From positions 1-47,687 of the forward strand of contig CABMCB010000025.1 in assembly GCA_902384455.1 (NCBI GenBank): 47,687 bases of DNA, written 5' to 3'. This DNA comes from an uncultured archaeon. GTDB lineage: Archaea; Altiarchaeota; Altiarchaeia; IMC4; SCGC-AAA252-I15. The position numbers and the translations under genes are program-made. Shown in pieces: positions 19,019 through 28,647 of the stretch. The notes under the pieces are model-generated. The model was not told the origin of the DNA. It saw nothing but the letters and a program-made list of their open reading frames with translations, and did no database searches. How positions within the stretch are numbered: the first letter of the stretch is position 1; each line of letters begins with the position of its first letter.

Positions 19019-19807
19019 GTGGTGCTGGACAAGGTCGCCATCCTAATCAAGACGTTCCTGCGCGACGAGTATCTATATGAGACGGTCCGAACCATCCTCA
19101 AAGAGATGCCGGAAGCGCAACTCATTGTTGTGGATGATGGACACATTCCCGTCATGAAGACCTACCTCTATCACGGGCTTATCAACGAAGGGCACGTAGT
19201 TGAACTATGCCCATTCGATAGCGGTTTCGGTTATAAGAGCAACCGTGGTGCTGCACTTTGTACCCGACCATATTTGCTGATAGGCTCTGATGATTTTGAC
19301 TTCCACGGCGCCCGCCCCGGCATCGAGAAGCTGGTGGCTGTGTTAGAAGCTGGCGCGGCAGACATTGCAAGTGGTCGTGTGCATAACAATCGGTACGAAG
19401 GCCGGCTCACTGAGGTGGATGGTACTGTCCATGAGACTTACATTGACTTGAGTCATCCTTGCGAAGAAATCCCTGGCATCAAATACTACCCGTGCGACCT
19501 CACGGTGAACTACTCCCTCATCTGTGCCTCTATTCTTGGTCCGGGTAAGATTCACTGGGACGATGACGTGAAGATTGGCGGCGGAGAACATGGTGCGTTC
19601 TTTGTGGATGTTAAGCGTGCGGGGCACCGTGTGGTGTACGTTGAAGGGGTCAACATCAACGAGCAACGTTCAAAGCCTATGGACCCTCATTATGGTGCCT
19701 TCCGCGGGCGGGCCAGGCAGCCAGAGCGCCCGTGTTTCGACCGTCGCGGTGTGAAACAGTACTACTGCTTCGGCGGTAACCCAGACATCAGCTACGGGCC
19801 TAAATGA
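19019..19807 (+). CDS. GT2 glycosyltransferase
   Basis: IKTFLR, IVVDDG, NRG, SDDFDF, EHGAFF. Confidence 0.8.
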   Translation: MVLDKVAILIKTFLRDEYLYETVRTILKEMPEAQLIVVDDGHIPVMKTYLYHGLINEGHVVELCPFDSGFGYKSNRGAALCTRPYLLIGSDDFDFHGARPGIEKLVAVLEAGAADIASGRVHNNRYEGRLTEVDGTVHETYIDLSHPCEEIPGIKYYPCDLTVNYSLICASILGPGKIHWDDDVKIGGGEHGAFFVDVKRAGHRVVYVEGVNINEQRSKPMDPHYGAFRGRARQPERPCFDRRGVKQYYCFGGNPDISYGPK

Positions 19808-20442
19808 AAACCCTCATTGCAATCCTGAGCTGCCACGCTCACAAAGAGCAAGACCACGTCTGCCGGCAGACATGGGTGCCCGCGGGTGGCTATCGGTTCT
19901 TTCTTGGTCGTGACCCTAATTTTGGCGCAAGCGGTGCGGCCCCGCTGCAAGATGAAGAGTTCCTGGACGTGCCAGACGATTATCTAGGACTACCGTTTAA
20001 GACGCAGGCGGCTTGTCGTTGGGCACTCACACACGGCTACGACTTCTTGTTCAAATGCGATAACGATACTTATGTCCATGTACCGCGTTTGCTGGCCAGT
20101 GGGTTTGAGGACCGCGATTATACCGGGTGGGACTGGGAAGGACATGGAGGCTATTGTAGCGGCGGTGCGGGTTACTGGCTGTCGCGGGTAGCAATGCAGC
20201 ACATCGCAAACGCAACCCTTATTATGGATTATGCGGACACAACTCGCGGGAGCCTCAAGGGGGAAGACCTACAAATCGGTGAAGTGTTGCGGAATCAAGG
20301 CATAACACCCAACGGTGATGAACGGTATAGGCTTCACCTCCCTGGCCCAGAACCTGGCAATGACATTATCACTCTACATGATGTGCGCAACCCGTGCAAG
20401 GGTCAACGCATGTTTGACGTCCACCGGAGTGCCAATGAATAG
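19804..20442 (+). CDS. GT31/Fringe-like glycosyltransferase
   Basis: RQTW, DDYLGLPFK, KCDNDTY, SGGAGYWLS, GEDLQIG, TLH. Confidence 0.8.
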   Translation: MKTLIAILSCHAHKEQDHVCRQTWVPAGGYRFFLGRDPNFGASGAAPLQDEEFLDVPDDYLGLPFKTQAACRWALTHGYDFLFKCDNDTYVHVPRLLASGFEDRDYTGWDWEGHGGYCSGGAGYWLSRVAMQHIANATLIMDYADTTRGSLKGEDLQIGEVLRNQGITPNGDERYRLHLPGPEPGNDIITLHDVRNPCKGQRMFDVHRSANE

Positions 20443-21646
20443 CTTCGACGTTTGGGACACACTTATTGGCCGACGTTTCTTTGACGATGCTCGTCGGCGC
20501 CACGGCCTGCCGGTGCCTGGCAACGAGCCACAACGAGTCCTCCAACTTGAATTGGACCAGTGCTTCCCTATACTTGAAAATGTTAAGAAGGTTGCTCCCA
20601 GCGACCTGTTGCTGAGCGACTACGACCTGCCGATTCTTGAACCCATTGTCCGCCAAATCACAGGCTTGCAGAACGAATTGAAGGTCACAAACGACGGCAA
20701 ATATAATGACTGGGTCTGGCAGGGACTGCCTATCGCCGAGCACACTGGTGACAGTGCCAGGAGCGATGGCACGTGTGAACGTCACGGCATAAAATTCAAT
20801 CACACGGTGCTGACACGGTTCACGCAGGCGGAGGAAGAGGTAAACAAACACCTCCCCGCTCTTGCCTTACTTATGCGAGAGGCACGATTGACAACTTGGG
20901 CGCCGGACCCCATCGAGCGCGACTTCCAGTTGCTACAGGTTCAGGCTAACCTGCCATTCCTATTCGCTGCCTCTGTGCTAGTTCACAGACGGGTGCTGGC
21001 TGGTGGATTCAAACGATTGTTGTTGGCGAGCCGTGACTGCTGGCTGTGGCACCAGTTATTCACTGCCCTGAACCTTGGCGGCGAATACGACGTGGTGTAC
21101 TGGCTTACGAGCAGGTTGGTGCGGTATTTCCCATCCGAAACATATAAACGGTATCTTGCCGGCCTCCTGTCTGTGCCAGCATTGGCGGTTGACCTGTGCG
21201 GGTTCGGTACCTCCCTGCGGCACGCAGTTGGAGCCAATAGCCTAGAACTGGTTGGGTACGGTGATTGTAAGGTGGAGTGCGTCCTCCGTGGATGGATGGA
21301 TGAACTCTCAAATTTTGCCAGACATCCGATGGTTGCAGATGTCAATGCTGAAGGTCGGGCGGTGTACGCAAACCCATTGAACATTACCTGGGAGGCCGTG
21401 CGACCGCTCGCGGTTATGCACGAAGCGTTCATGCGCGGCGTGCGTCTGGTCTCACACTATGATTTCACCAAAGACATCAACGCAAGTTCGGATGCCCTGT
21501 ACGCGGTATTGGAAGGCGGGCTTCGGCGCTTGTGCGACTATCATGTAGCACTTGGTACGATGAAAGATTTCCGGGTTAGCGAAGCACAGGCTACGGCAGA
21601 CCTCATTAAGGCTGCCGGGCCGCTCCCAGAAGGGTTGATTGTATGA
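20435..21646 (+). CDS. HAD-superfamily-like protein of the type found in glycan clusters
   Basis: N-terminal SFDVWDTLI (HAD motif I), LSD, HTGD, ASRD. Confidence 0.6.
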   Translation: MNSFDVWDTLIGRRFFDDARRRHGLPVPGNEPQRVLQLELDQCFPILENVKKVAPSDLLLSDYDLPILEPIVRQITGLQNELKVTNDGKYNDWVWQGLPIAEHTGDSARSDGTCERHGIKFNHTVLTRFTQAEEEVNKHLPALALLMREARLTTWAPDPIERDFQLLQVQANLPFLFAASVLVHRRVLAGGFKRLLLASRDCWLWHQLFTALNLGGEYDVVYWLTSRLVRYFPSETYKRYLAGLLSVPALAVDLCGFGTSLRHAVGANSLELVGYGDCKVECVLRGWMDELSNFARHPMVADVNAEGRAVYANPLNITWEAVRPLAVMHEAFMRGVRLVSHYDFTKDINASSDALYAVLEGGLRRLCDYHVALGTMKDFRVSEAQATADLIKAAGPLPEGLIV

Positions 21647-22245
21647 ATCCACAACAAGTGTACGACCTCTACCGCAAGGACCCGCTGCAAGATATGTGGG
21701 ACTACTCGCCGATGCTGCGCGACGTCGCCAAGGGCAACATTCTTGAAATTGGCGCCCGTGGTGGTGTAAGTACAGCCGCTTTTCTGCTTGGTGTTGAGGC
21801 TAACGGCGGCCACGTCTACAGCATGGACATCAATCCGGATTGCGCCACTTTGTACGAAGGCCATCCGCAATGGACGTTCATCCACGCAAATAGCGGCAAC
21901 GTGGAGGATATGCGGAAGGCAGTGAGACAGTTCAAATTCGATGGCTGGCTTGATATTCTGCTTATTGACGGTGACCACAGTTACGATGCCGTTTGCCGGG
22001 ACATCGGTAATTGGGTCCAATGGGTTTGCAAGGGCGGGCTCATTTTCATGCACGACGTTGACCCACAGGTTTCAGCCGAGCAGATTGCCGCGTGGGGTTG
22101 GGTTAAGGATGAGCCTCGCCGAGCGTACGATGAGTTCGTTGCCGCGACAGGTTGGGAGGCTAGTATCCTTCCTGGCCGGTTCGGCATGGGCCGGATTGTT
22201 AAAGGGCAATTGAGCGGGATTGATTCTCACTCCAAATCCCTGTAA
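21643..22245 (+). CDS. Class I SAM-dependent methyltransferase (Methyltransf_24-like)
   Basis: ILEIGARGGVS, DILLIDGDHSY, GGLIFMHD. Confidence 0.85.
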   Translation: MNPQQVYDLYRKDPLQDMWDYSPMLRDVAKGNILEIGARGGVSTAAFLLGVEANGGHVYSMDINPDCATLYEGHPQWTFIHANSGNVEDMRKAVRQFKFDGWLDILLIDGDHSYDAVCRDIGNWVQWVCKGGLIFMHDVDPQVSAEQIAAWGWVKDEPRRAYDEFVAATGWEASILPGRFGMGRIVKGQLSGIDSHSKSL

Positions 22246-22248
22246 CAT
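22220..22248 (+). promoter_or_regulatory. Sigma70-like promoter
   Basis: TTGATT-17-TAACAT upstream of the protease gene. Confidence 0.5.
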
Positions 22249-22335
22249 CTTCAAATTGTCTTGAACCAGCAGCGCCGAACAGGGGACCGTAAGCCGGGCG
22301 GCGTTAATGAATGCCCTGTTAGAGAAGGAACCGCT

Positions 22336-23211
22336 ATGCGCATCTCTAACCCACTCCGTATTGTATCTTCGCTGGCCTTTGGCCTTGTGGTGGTCTTGGC
22401 CGGCCTAACTTTTGGGTCCCACTTTAACCCTGCGCCGCCAGAAGTTCCATACCAAGCTCCTCGCCCGCCACTCCCTATTGAACTCCCACCGATAACACCT
22501 CCCGCGCCGACACATGCCTCTGAATTCCTTCAAAAACTCGAGAAGGCCACAAATCCTCTCTATGCAGACGTAGATGGCAACGTCCGTTTCATCTGCACCG
22601 CCACTGCCATCCAAAAGATTCCGACGGGATATATTTTCCTCACTGCCCGCCATTGTGTTGCCGACCCAAGGCTGCAGGGTTGGTTCGTTGTGATTGATAA
22701 GAAATCAGACACTCCCTACATCAAGGCTACAGTGCTGCTAGCAGGTGACCTCTACACCGATGCTGCGCTTTTGCAGGTGAACACACTACTGGACATCCCG
22801 ACGGTGCCACTTGGCGACGAGAGGCTCCTCAGCATTAGTAGCCGTGTAGAGTATTTCGGCTTCCCACAAAACTTAGGCAAGTTCTATTTTGAAGGATACG
22901 TGACTTCCCTCAAGATTGGCCCGCCGGCTTACAGTGACCCGCAATGGAACGGCGACCTAGGACTTACCATCCAAATCGGGCCAGGGAGTTCGGGTTCCGC
23001 CCTAGTGGACCCACAGCAGGAAGCCATTGTTGGCGTTGTCACTGGCGTTACCTATAGCCGTTTAGGTGGGCCGATTCTAAGCATGGCCACACCCGTCTCC
23101 AAGGTGCGCGTGCTGGTAAGCGACTACAAGGCCGGCCGCACAAAGTCGGCGGTGGACGTGGGACTCTTCGACAGGATTTTCGGTATTGGACCGTTCGGCC
23201 GCCATAACTAA
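22336..23211 (+). CDS. Membrane-anchored or secreted trypsin-like serine protease
   Basis: N-terminal hydrophobic helix, Pro-rich linker, LTARHC, DAALL, GPGSSGS. Confidence 0.85.
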   Translation: MRISNPLRIVSSLAFGLVVVLAGLTFGSHFNPAPPEVPYQAPRPPLPIELPPITPPAPTHASEFLQKLEKATNPLYADVDGNVRFICTATAIQKIPTGYIFLTARHCVADPRLQGWFVVIDKKSDTPYIKATVLLAGDLYTDAALLQVNTLLDIPTVPLGDERLLSISSRVEYFGFPQNLGKFYFEGYVTSLKIGPPAYSDPQWNGDLGLTIQIGPGSSGSALVDPQQEAIVGVVTGVTYSRLGGPILSMATPVSKVRVLVSDYKAGRTKSAVDVGLFDRIFGIGPFGRHN

Positions 23212-23232
23212 ACTCCCGGAGGTGTTTATGCC

Positions 23233-23439
23233 ATGCTGCCATACACGGGCAAGTGTTGGGGTGTTGCTGATGCCAGGGAAGAAGGCGAACTAGAACGGTT
23301 GACCAACAATCTCCGGCCACAGGAGAAAGAAGCCCACAGCCTGCTGATTGGTGCTATGAACCAATACATACGGACCACTGGCACCCAGTACACCCGTACC
23401 ATTGACGAGGTCGTGGAAGAAGGCGAGTCTTCTGGATGA
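23233..23439 (+). CDS. Hypothetical protein
   Basis: GGAGGTG RBS. Confidence 0.5.
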   Translation: MLPYTGKCWGVADAREEGELERLTNNLRPQEKEAHSLLIGAMNQYIRTTGTQYTRTIDEVVEEGESSG

Positions 23440-23466
23440 GGTCTGTTGTGTGCTCCGCCAGTTTTG

Positions 23467-23539
23467 GTACTAGTACGGGAGTACCAAGTCAAAATGGGAG
23501 GAAAGTACTATTGTCGTTTGCTCGCGCCTACTCCATAAT
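23467..23539 (+). promoter_or_regulatory. Promoter with tandem GTAC boxes
   Basis: GTAC-TA-GTAC-GGGA-GTAC; 24 bp later GGAG-GAAA-GTAC-TA; then TTGTCG-17-CATAAT. Confidence 0.65.
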
Positions 23540-23545
23540 GTAGAC

Positions 23546-23647
23546 ATGAAAGAGCAAATACAAACCAGCAAGTTCACCCTAGCCATATACGTTCTGGCCG
23601 CGGTTGGCAGCTTCCTGGCTTCCTTTGCTTATGTGTGGAGCCGGTAA
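23546..23647 (+). CDS. 33 aa single-pass membrane peptide, probably leaderless
   Basis: MKEQIQTSKFTLAIYVLAAVGSFLASFAYVWSR; ATG 6 nt after the -10 box; its TAA abuts the GTG of the next gene. Confidence 0.55.
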   Translation: MKEQIQTSKFTLAIYVLAAVGSFLASFAYVWSR

Positions 23648-25729
23648 GTGCTGGTAACCTTCAGCCACATCCGGAGCCGTTGGGAGGTCCTCAGCACCTA
23701 TGAGGAGCGCCACACGGTCAACCCACTGGTCAAACAGGTCGGGTTTGCCTTCGATGGTATGGCAAAGTGCTGGCACTCAGCTGGCTACCGTGACCCGAAG
23801 CCTATGGCTGAACAGGCCAAAATCGCTTCTCGCCTGTGGGACTATTGTGACCCGGTCGCCAAAGAGGCCCTCAAGTCTTACCCCACAGAAACCAAGTCCG
23901 GCCAGAGCTATGAAAATGAACAAGTCAAGGTTGCCAAGCAAAACAAGGTTTCCTTAGAGGCCAGCCGGGCCACTGATGCCGACGTTGAAATTCCGGTTCC
24001 CAATCGCCTCGGGCGCAACGGCAAACCCCTAGCATACCTCCCCTACCAGAAGGCCGGCATTGCCTACGCAATGAACCGCCCGCACTGCCTGATTGGCGAC
24101 GAGATGGGCTTGGGCAAGACTATCCAGGGCATCGGCATTTCAAACTGCGATTCAAAGGTTCGCAAGGTTCTGGTGGTTGCTCCGGCCACCCCGAAGATTA
24201 ACTGGCGCAACGAGTGGTGCCTGTGGGACGTTAAGAACCTCTCGGTCGGTATTGCGGATGCCAAGACTGGTATCCCGGACACTGACGTCGTGGTCATCAA
24301 TTTCGACATCGTGATGAAGTTCCACAAAGAGCTCACGTCGGTAACCTGGGATTTGATGATTGTGGACGAGTGCCACAAAGTAAAGAATCCCGATGCCCTG
24401 CGTACCAAGCACATCTTGGGGCACCCGGCCAGCAAGAAAAAGGACAAGAAGACCGGGCAGATGGTTGCCGTGCCGCCAATCCCGGCCATCAATGCTCGCC
24501 GCCGTGTGTTCCTCACTGGCACACCGATTTTGAATCGCCCTGTGGAGTTGTGGACCCTCATTCATAACCTAGACCCTGAAGGGTTGGGCAAGAACTTCTT
24601 CAAATATGCCCTGCGGTATTGTGGTGCCACCCGGACAAAGTATGGGTGGGATTTTTCCGGCAACTCCAACCTGGACGAACTTCAAGATTATCTGCGCAGC
24701 AAGTTTATGGTGCGTCGCCTCAAGGCCGACGTGTTGAAAGACCTGCCGCCAAAGACCCGGCAGGTTATCCTAATCGAGCCTAGCCCGCGTGGCCGTGCCC
24801 TTATCGAGAAGGAAAAGGTAGCCTACGAGAAGCTATCCCTGGAAAAGAAACAGGGGTTGCAGCTTGGCGAAATTAGCGCACTACGTAAGGCTGTCGCCGT
24901 GGAAAAGGTTCCCTTCGTCATTGACCACCTGCGCGACCTGCTGGAAACCAAAGATAAGGTCATCGTGTTCGCTCACCATCACGAGGTTGTTGATGCCCTC
25001 ATGGCGGAGTTCGGCAACGAAGCTGTGAAAGTTGATGGCCGAATCACCAAGCCGGAAGTTCGGCAGGCAGCCGTGGACCGCTTCCAAACCGACCCCACCT
25101 GCAAGATTTTTGTCGGCAGCATTATGGCGGCTGGTGTGGCAATCACACTTACCGCGGCCGACACCGTGGTCTTTGCCGAGCTCGACTGGGTGCCCGGTAA
25201 CGTCTCCCAGGCTGAGGACCGTGCCCACCGCATCGGTCAGCTCAACGCAGTCCTAGTGCAACACATCATTTTTGAGGACAGCCTTGATGCGAACATGATT
25301 ACCGCCATTATCGAGAAGCAGGAAGTGATTGACAAGGCACTCGACACCAAACACGAGGCCAAGCCGGCACCCGTGGTTGCCAAGCCGGAAGTTGGGGTAA
25401 AGGAACCACCGAAACCAAAGGTTACCGCCTCCGGCGCAACTGAGGTTCAAATCCGCAGCAAGGAGGGGCTGGTCACCGTCGCCCTTACTCTGGCAAACAT
25501 CGAAGCCATCCACAAGGGCTTGCGGCAGCTTCGTGCCCACTGTGACGGTGCAATTACCCTGGACGGGCAAGGATTCAGCGGTGCGGACAAAGATTTCGGT
25601 TGGTCGTTGGCGGACAGCCAGAAACTGAGTCTCAAACAAGCCGCCTACGGCCAGAGATTCATTCGCAAGTACCAAGGACAGCTGCCAGAGGAACTGGTGG
25701 TTGCCGCAGGTGTGGAACCGAAGCAATAA
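23648..25729 (+). CDS. SNF2-family (HARP/SMARCAL1-like) helicase
   Basis: LPYQ, DEMGLGKT, DECH, LTGTP, MVRRLK, QAEDRAHRIGQ. Confidence 0.92.
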   Translation: MLVTFSHIRSRWEVLSTYEERHTVNPLVKQVGFAFDGMAKCWHSAGYRDPKPMAEQAKIASRLWDYCDPVAKEALKSYPTETKSGQSYENEQVKVAKQNKVSLEASRATDADVEIPVPNRLGRNGKPLAYLPYQKAGIAYAMNRPHCLIGDEMGLGKTIQGIGISNCDSKVRKVLVVAPATPKINWRNEWCLWDVKNLSVGIADAKTGIPDTDVVVINFDIVMKFHKELTSVTWDLMIVDECHKVKNPDALRTKHILGHPASKKKDKKTGQMVAVPPIPAINARRRVFLTGTPILNRPVELWTLIHNLDPEGLGKNFFKYALRYCGATRTKYGWDFSGNSNLDELQDYLRSKFMVRRLKADVLKDLPPKTRQVILIEPSPRGRALIEKEKVAYEKLSLEKKQGLQLGEISALRKAVAVEKVPFVIDHLRDLLETKDKVIVFAHHHEVVDALMAEFGNEAVKVDGRITKPEVRQAAVDRFQTDPTCKIFVGSIMAAGVAITLTAADTVVFAELDWVPGNVSQAEDRAHRIGQLNAVLVQHIIFEDSLDANMITAIIEKQEVIDKALDTKHEAKPAPVVAKPEVGVKEPPKPKVTASGATEVQIRSKEGLVTVALTLANIEAIHKGLRQLRAHCDGAITLDGQGFSGADKDFGWSLADSQKLSLKQAAYGQRFIRKYQGQLPEELVVAAGVEPKQ

Positions 25730-25730
25730 A

Positions 25731-25774
25731 GTACTTTAGTACTATGGACACAAAGATAGCGCTCAGGGTAAGAT
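25731..25774 (+). promoter_or_regulatory. Promoter with GTAC-N4-GTAC box
   Basis: GTAC-TTTA-GTAC-TA, then TGGACA-18-TAAGAT; AGGAGG RBS downstream. Confidence 0.65.
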
Positions 25775-25791
25775 GATTTAGGAGGCAGAAA

Positions 25792-26004
25792 ATGGTTTCA
25801 GTACTGCGACTTACACAACTAGCCGTGGAATCAGTGGCGGGTACCAGCGAAGCAAAACTGAGCCAAACACAGCGGGCGATGGTTGATGTGCTTGTTGAAT
25901 TTGGCAAGAGGATTCTGGCCGAACAGCCAGTGGGGCCACACCTCTCGACAATGGATGAGGAAATTGCGCTTGCGAAACGGCTTTGTAACGGGCTGGTGCG
26001 CTAA
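25792..26004 (+). CDS. Hypothetical protein
   Basis: AGGAGG RBS. Confidence 0.6.
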   Translation: MVSVLRLTQLAVESVAGTSEAKLSQTQRAMVDVLVEFGKRILAEQPVGPHLSTMDEEIALAKRLCNGLVR

Positions 26005-26019
26005 GATGAGGGGTGTATA

Positions 26020-26934
26020 GTGGCGACGTTCAAAGAACCGATGTTGGCCGGCAAGGTCAAGGATATGGATATCAACAAGATTACGTACCCTTGCTATGCC
26101 TCCGCCAAGTTGGATGGTGTTCGGGCCATCGTGCTCAACGGTATCTTAGTCAGCCGCAACCTCAAGCCAATCCCGAACGCATGGGTGCAGAAACAGTTTG
26201 CCGGGCTCCCGGAAGGTACCGACGGCGAATTGATTTTTGGAGAAGCAACAATCGGCACTGCCTACCGCGACACCATGTCCGCGGTGATGAGCGAGGATGG
26301 GGAGCCAAAACAAGTTTGTTTCCACATCTTCGACAACGCATTCTTCTCCGGCGGGTTTGCAGCAAGGTTCAAACGGCTGGAACAGTTGAACGATTACATC
26401 CGCGGGGTGCTGGTCGTGCCCCACACCATTATTAGCGACGTAAGCGAAATGGAAACTGTCGAACGTGCCGCTCTGGAAGCCGGGTACGAAGGAATTATGG
26501 TCCGTAGCCTGCAAGGGCCATACAAGCAGGGCCGCAGCACAACGAACGAGGGCTACCTGCTGAAACTCAAGCGCTTTGAAGATGCCGAGGCCGTGGTGCT
26601 GGATACGTTTGAATGGGAGTCCAATACCAACACCGCCACAACGTCCGCCACCGGCCACACGGAACGCAGTTCACACAAGGCGGGCATGGTTGGCGCTGGT
26701 GTGTTGGGTGGATTGGATGTCCGCGGGCTCAACGGTACGTATGAAGGTGTAGAGTTTAGTATCGGTTCCGGATTCCAGGGTGCCGACAGCAAGACCGGCG
26801 AACGCGGCAAGCTCTGGGCCGTCCGCAAGTCCTTGGTTGGCAGGATTGTCCGCTATAAGTACTTCCCTACGGGGTCAAAGGAACGTCCTCGCTTCCCAAT
26901 CTTCTTGGGGTGGAGGGACCCCATCGACTTATGA
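26020..26934 (+). CDS. ATP-dependent DNA ligase
   Basis: KLDGVR (motif I), DGEL, EGIMVR, LLKLK, RFPIF. Confidence 0.92.
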   Translation: MATFKEPMLAGKVKDMDINKITYPCYASAKLDGVRAIVLNGILVSRNLKPIPNAWVQKQFAGLPEGTDGELIFGEATIGTAYRDTMSAVMSEDGEPKQVCFHIFDNAFFSGGFAARFKRLEQLNDYIRGVLVVPHTIISDVSEMETVERAALEAGYEGIMVRSLQGPYKQGRSTTNEGYLLKLKRFEDAEAVVLDTFEWESNTNTATTSATGHTERSSHKAGMVGAGVLGGLDVRGLNGTYEGVEFSIGSGFQGADSKTGERGKLWAVRKSLVGRIVRYKYFPTGSKERPRFPIFLGWRDPIDL

Positions 26935-27392
26935 TGAAAGACCTCACTGGAAAAAGATTTGGGAGGCTCATTGCCTTAGCGCCACACTCGCAAACGGATA
27001 AGCGGTGGAATTGGCTGTGTCTTTGTGATTGTGGTAATCACAAGGTCGTTGCTTCTGCTTATTTGGTGCGTTCTGGCGCTAGGAGTTGCGGATGTTTACT
27101 CCGTGACCATGTTAAAGCAGGTCAAACACACCCGGCAACGACGCACGGGATGTCTAAATCTCCTGAATGCAAAGCGTTTCGGAATGCTAAAAACCGCTGT
27201 CAAACTCCTCACTATAAAGTGCGAGGAATCCAGTTCCTATTCGCCAGCTTCGAGCAGTGGTTCGCTGAATTAGGTTATCGGCCATCCCCACAACATTCCG
27301 TAGACCGCAAGAATAATGCCGGGCACTACGAGCCGGGCAACGTGCGTTGGGCAACCCAAGACGAACAACATTCCAATAGGAATCTAAAATGA
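26931..27392 (+). CDS. Free-standing HNH homing endonuclease
   Basis: DLTGKRFGRL, WLCLCDCG, SCGC, SVDRKNNAGHYEPGNVRWAT. Confidence 0.85.
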   Translation: MMKDLTGKRFGRLIALAPHSQTDKRWNWLCLCDCGNHKVVASAYLVRSGARSCGCLLRDHVKAGQTHPATTHGMSKSPECKAFRNAKNRCQTPHYKVRGIQFLFASFEQWFAELGYRPSPQHSVDRKNNAGHYEPGNVRWATQDEQHSNRNLK

Positions 27393-27964
27393 GCGAACAC
27401 ACAGAAGTTGCTGTCCCCAAACCAGGCAAGTGCGCACGGTGCGGCCGCGCACTCAAACATGCCTATGAAGTCAACGGGGTGCCCTACGGCCCTGTGTGCG
27501 TGCGTAAACTAGGGTTTGCCATAGCCTCCGACGGGGTGGCCAGCCGCAAACGCAAAGCATACCAGGAACCGCCGATGAATGAAACGCAGCTGTCCTTCTT
27601 CGAGGCGGATGCGCCGGGTTTGGATGTTGTCTATACTGGCACTATCCTCGGCAATGATGAGGACCGCATTGTGGCCGCGCACCGTCCAGGGCAGTCAGCA
27701 AGACCCCTTCCGTTGCACCTCCAAATCGTGAACCACTCCCCGACCGGATTCTGTTGGGGTTATGGCGGCAGCGGCCCGGCGCAGCTAGCCTTCGCCATCC
27801 TGTACGATTACCTGCGGGACAAGGAACGTGCCCTGTCGCTATACCAGGATTTCAAGTTCAAAATCATCGGTGGCCTGCCGATGGATAAGAATTTTCAACT
27901 AACCGGCCAACAGGTTGAGGCCGCCATCACTGAGATAACGATTGGGAGGTTGCAGCATGAATAG
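27389..27964 (+). CDS. Phage protein with CxxC...GPVC Zn finger and DUF6166-like domain
   Basis: CARCGRAL...YGPVC; NHSPTGFCWGYGGSGPAQLA. Confidence 0.65.
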   Translation: MSEHTEVAVPKPGKCARCGRALKHAYEVNGVPYGPVCVRKLGFAIASDGVASRKRKAYQEPPMNETQLSFFEADAPGLDVVYTGTILGNDEDRIVAAHRPGQSARPLPLHLQIVNHSPTGFCWGYGGSGPAQLAFAILYDYLRDKERALSLYQDFKFKIIGGLPMDKNFQLTGQQVEAAITEITIGRLQHE

Positions 27965-28079
27965 GGCACAACGCAGAGCGGCTGAACGTATTGCGGCAGA
28001 GAAACGGGCAGAATGGGAACCCAAACCCATACGCATCCCAGAAGGTCCGCCGCAGCATGTGGCACGTTCTCAAGGGTAA
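27957..28079 (+). CDS. 40 aa basic peptide (MNRAQRRAAE...)
   Basis: Manual translation; GGAGG RBS; NRxxRR start common in phage peptides. Confidence 0.45.
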   Translation: MNRAQRRAAERIAAEKRAEWEPKPIRIPEGPPQHVARSQG

Positions 28080-28185
28080 GACTCTCCTAGCAGTTGCCAC
28101 CAGTCTAGGAGAGGCTATCCAACAGCGCCGGCATTTTCGTGGGCTTCCTGTTTCCAAAATCCCGTACTGCCAGGAGAACAAATGA
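28057..28185 (+). CDS. Small hypothetical protein
   Basis: ATGA-coupled to the HD gene; start uncertain. Confidence 0.35.
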   Translation: MWHVLKGKTLLAVATSLGEAIQQRRHFRGLPVSKIPYCQENK

Positions 28186-28646
28186 TAAACAAGGCCATCA
28201 CCCTTGCGGTGCGCGCACACGACGGGCAAGTTGACCTCGCCGGCCACTCATATATCCTTCACGTCTTGCGTGTTGGTGCCGCGGGGCAAACGGAGATTGA
28301 ACAGGCTGTGGGGTTCCTACACGATACCGTAGAGGACACCACTGTTGGCCCGGAAGAATTGGTCCGGGTGTTCGGCATCGAAGTGACACAGGCTGTTCTC
28401 TCCCTCACCCGCGGGTGGAAGAACGGGCAGTTCCTATATTACAAGAAACCGGAATATACTGTGCCAACTGAGCGGGAATCGTACCACGAGTTCATTGCTC
28501 GGTGCGGAGAGAACCAAGTTGCCCGCCATGTTAAGATTTATGACATCGCGGATAATCTTTCACGGATGGGAAACATCAAAGACCATGCAAAGCGGGAGCT
28601 GTTGGAAGCACGGTACTTCAAGGCTTTACAAATCCTAGGGAGGTGA
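28182..28646 (+). CDS. HD-domain hydrolase, RelA/SpoT small alarmone hydrolase-like
   Basis: AHDGQVD..GHSYILH, LHDTVEDT, VKIYDIADN. Confidence 0.8.
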   Translation: MINKAITLAVRAHDGQVDLAGHSYILHVLRVGAAGQTEIEQAVGFLHDTVEDTTVGPEELVRVFGIEVTQAVLSLTRGWKNGQFLYYKKPEYTVPTERESYHEFIARCGENQVARHVKIYDIADNLSRMGNIKDHAKRELLEARYFKALQILGR

Positions 28647-28647
28647 C

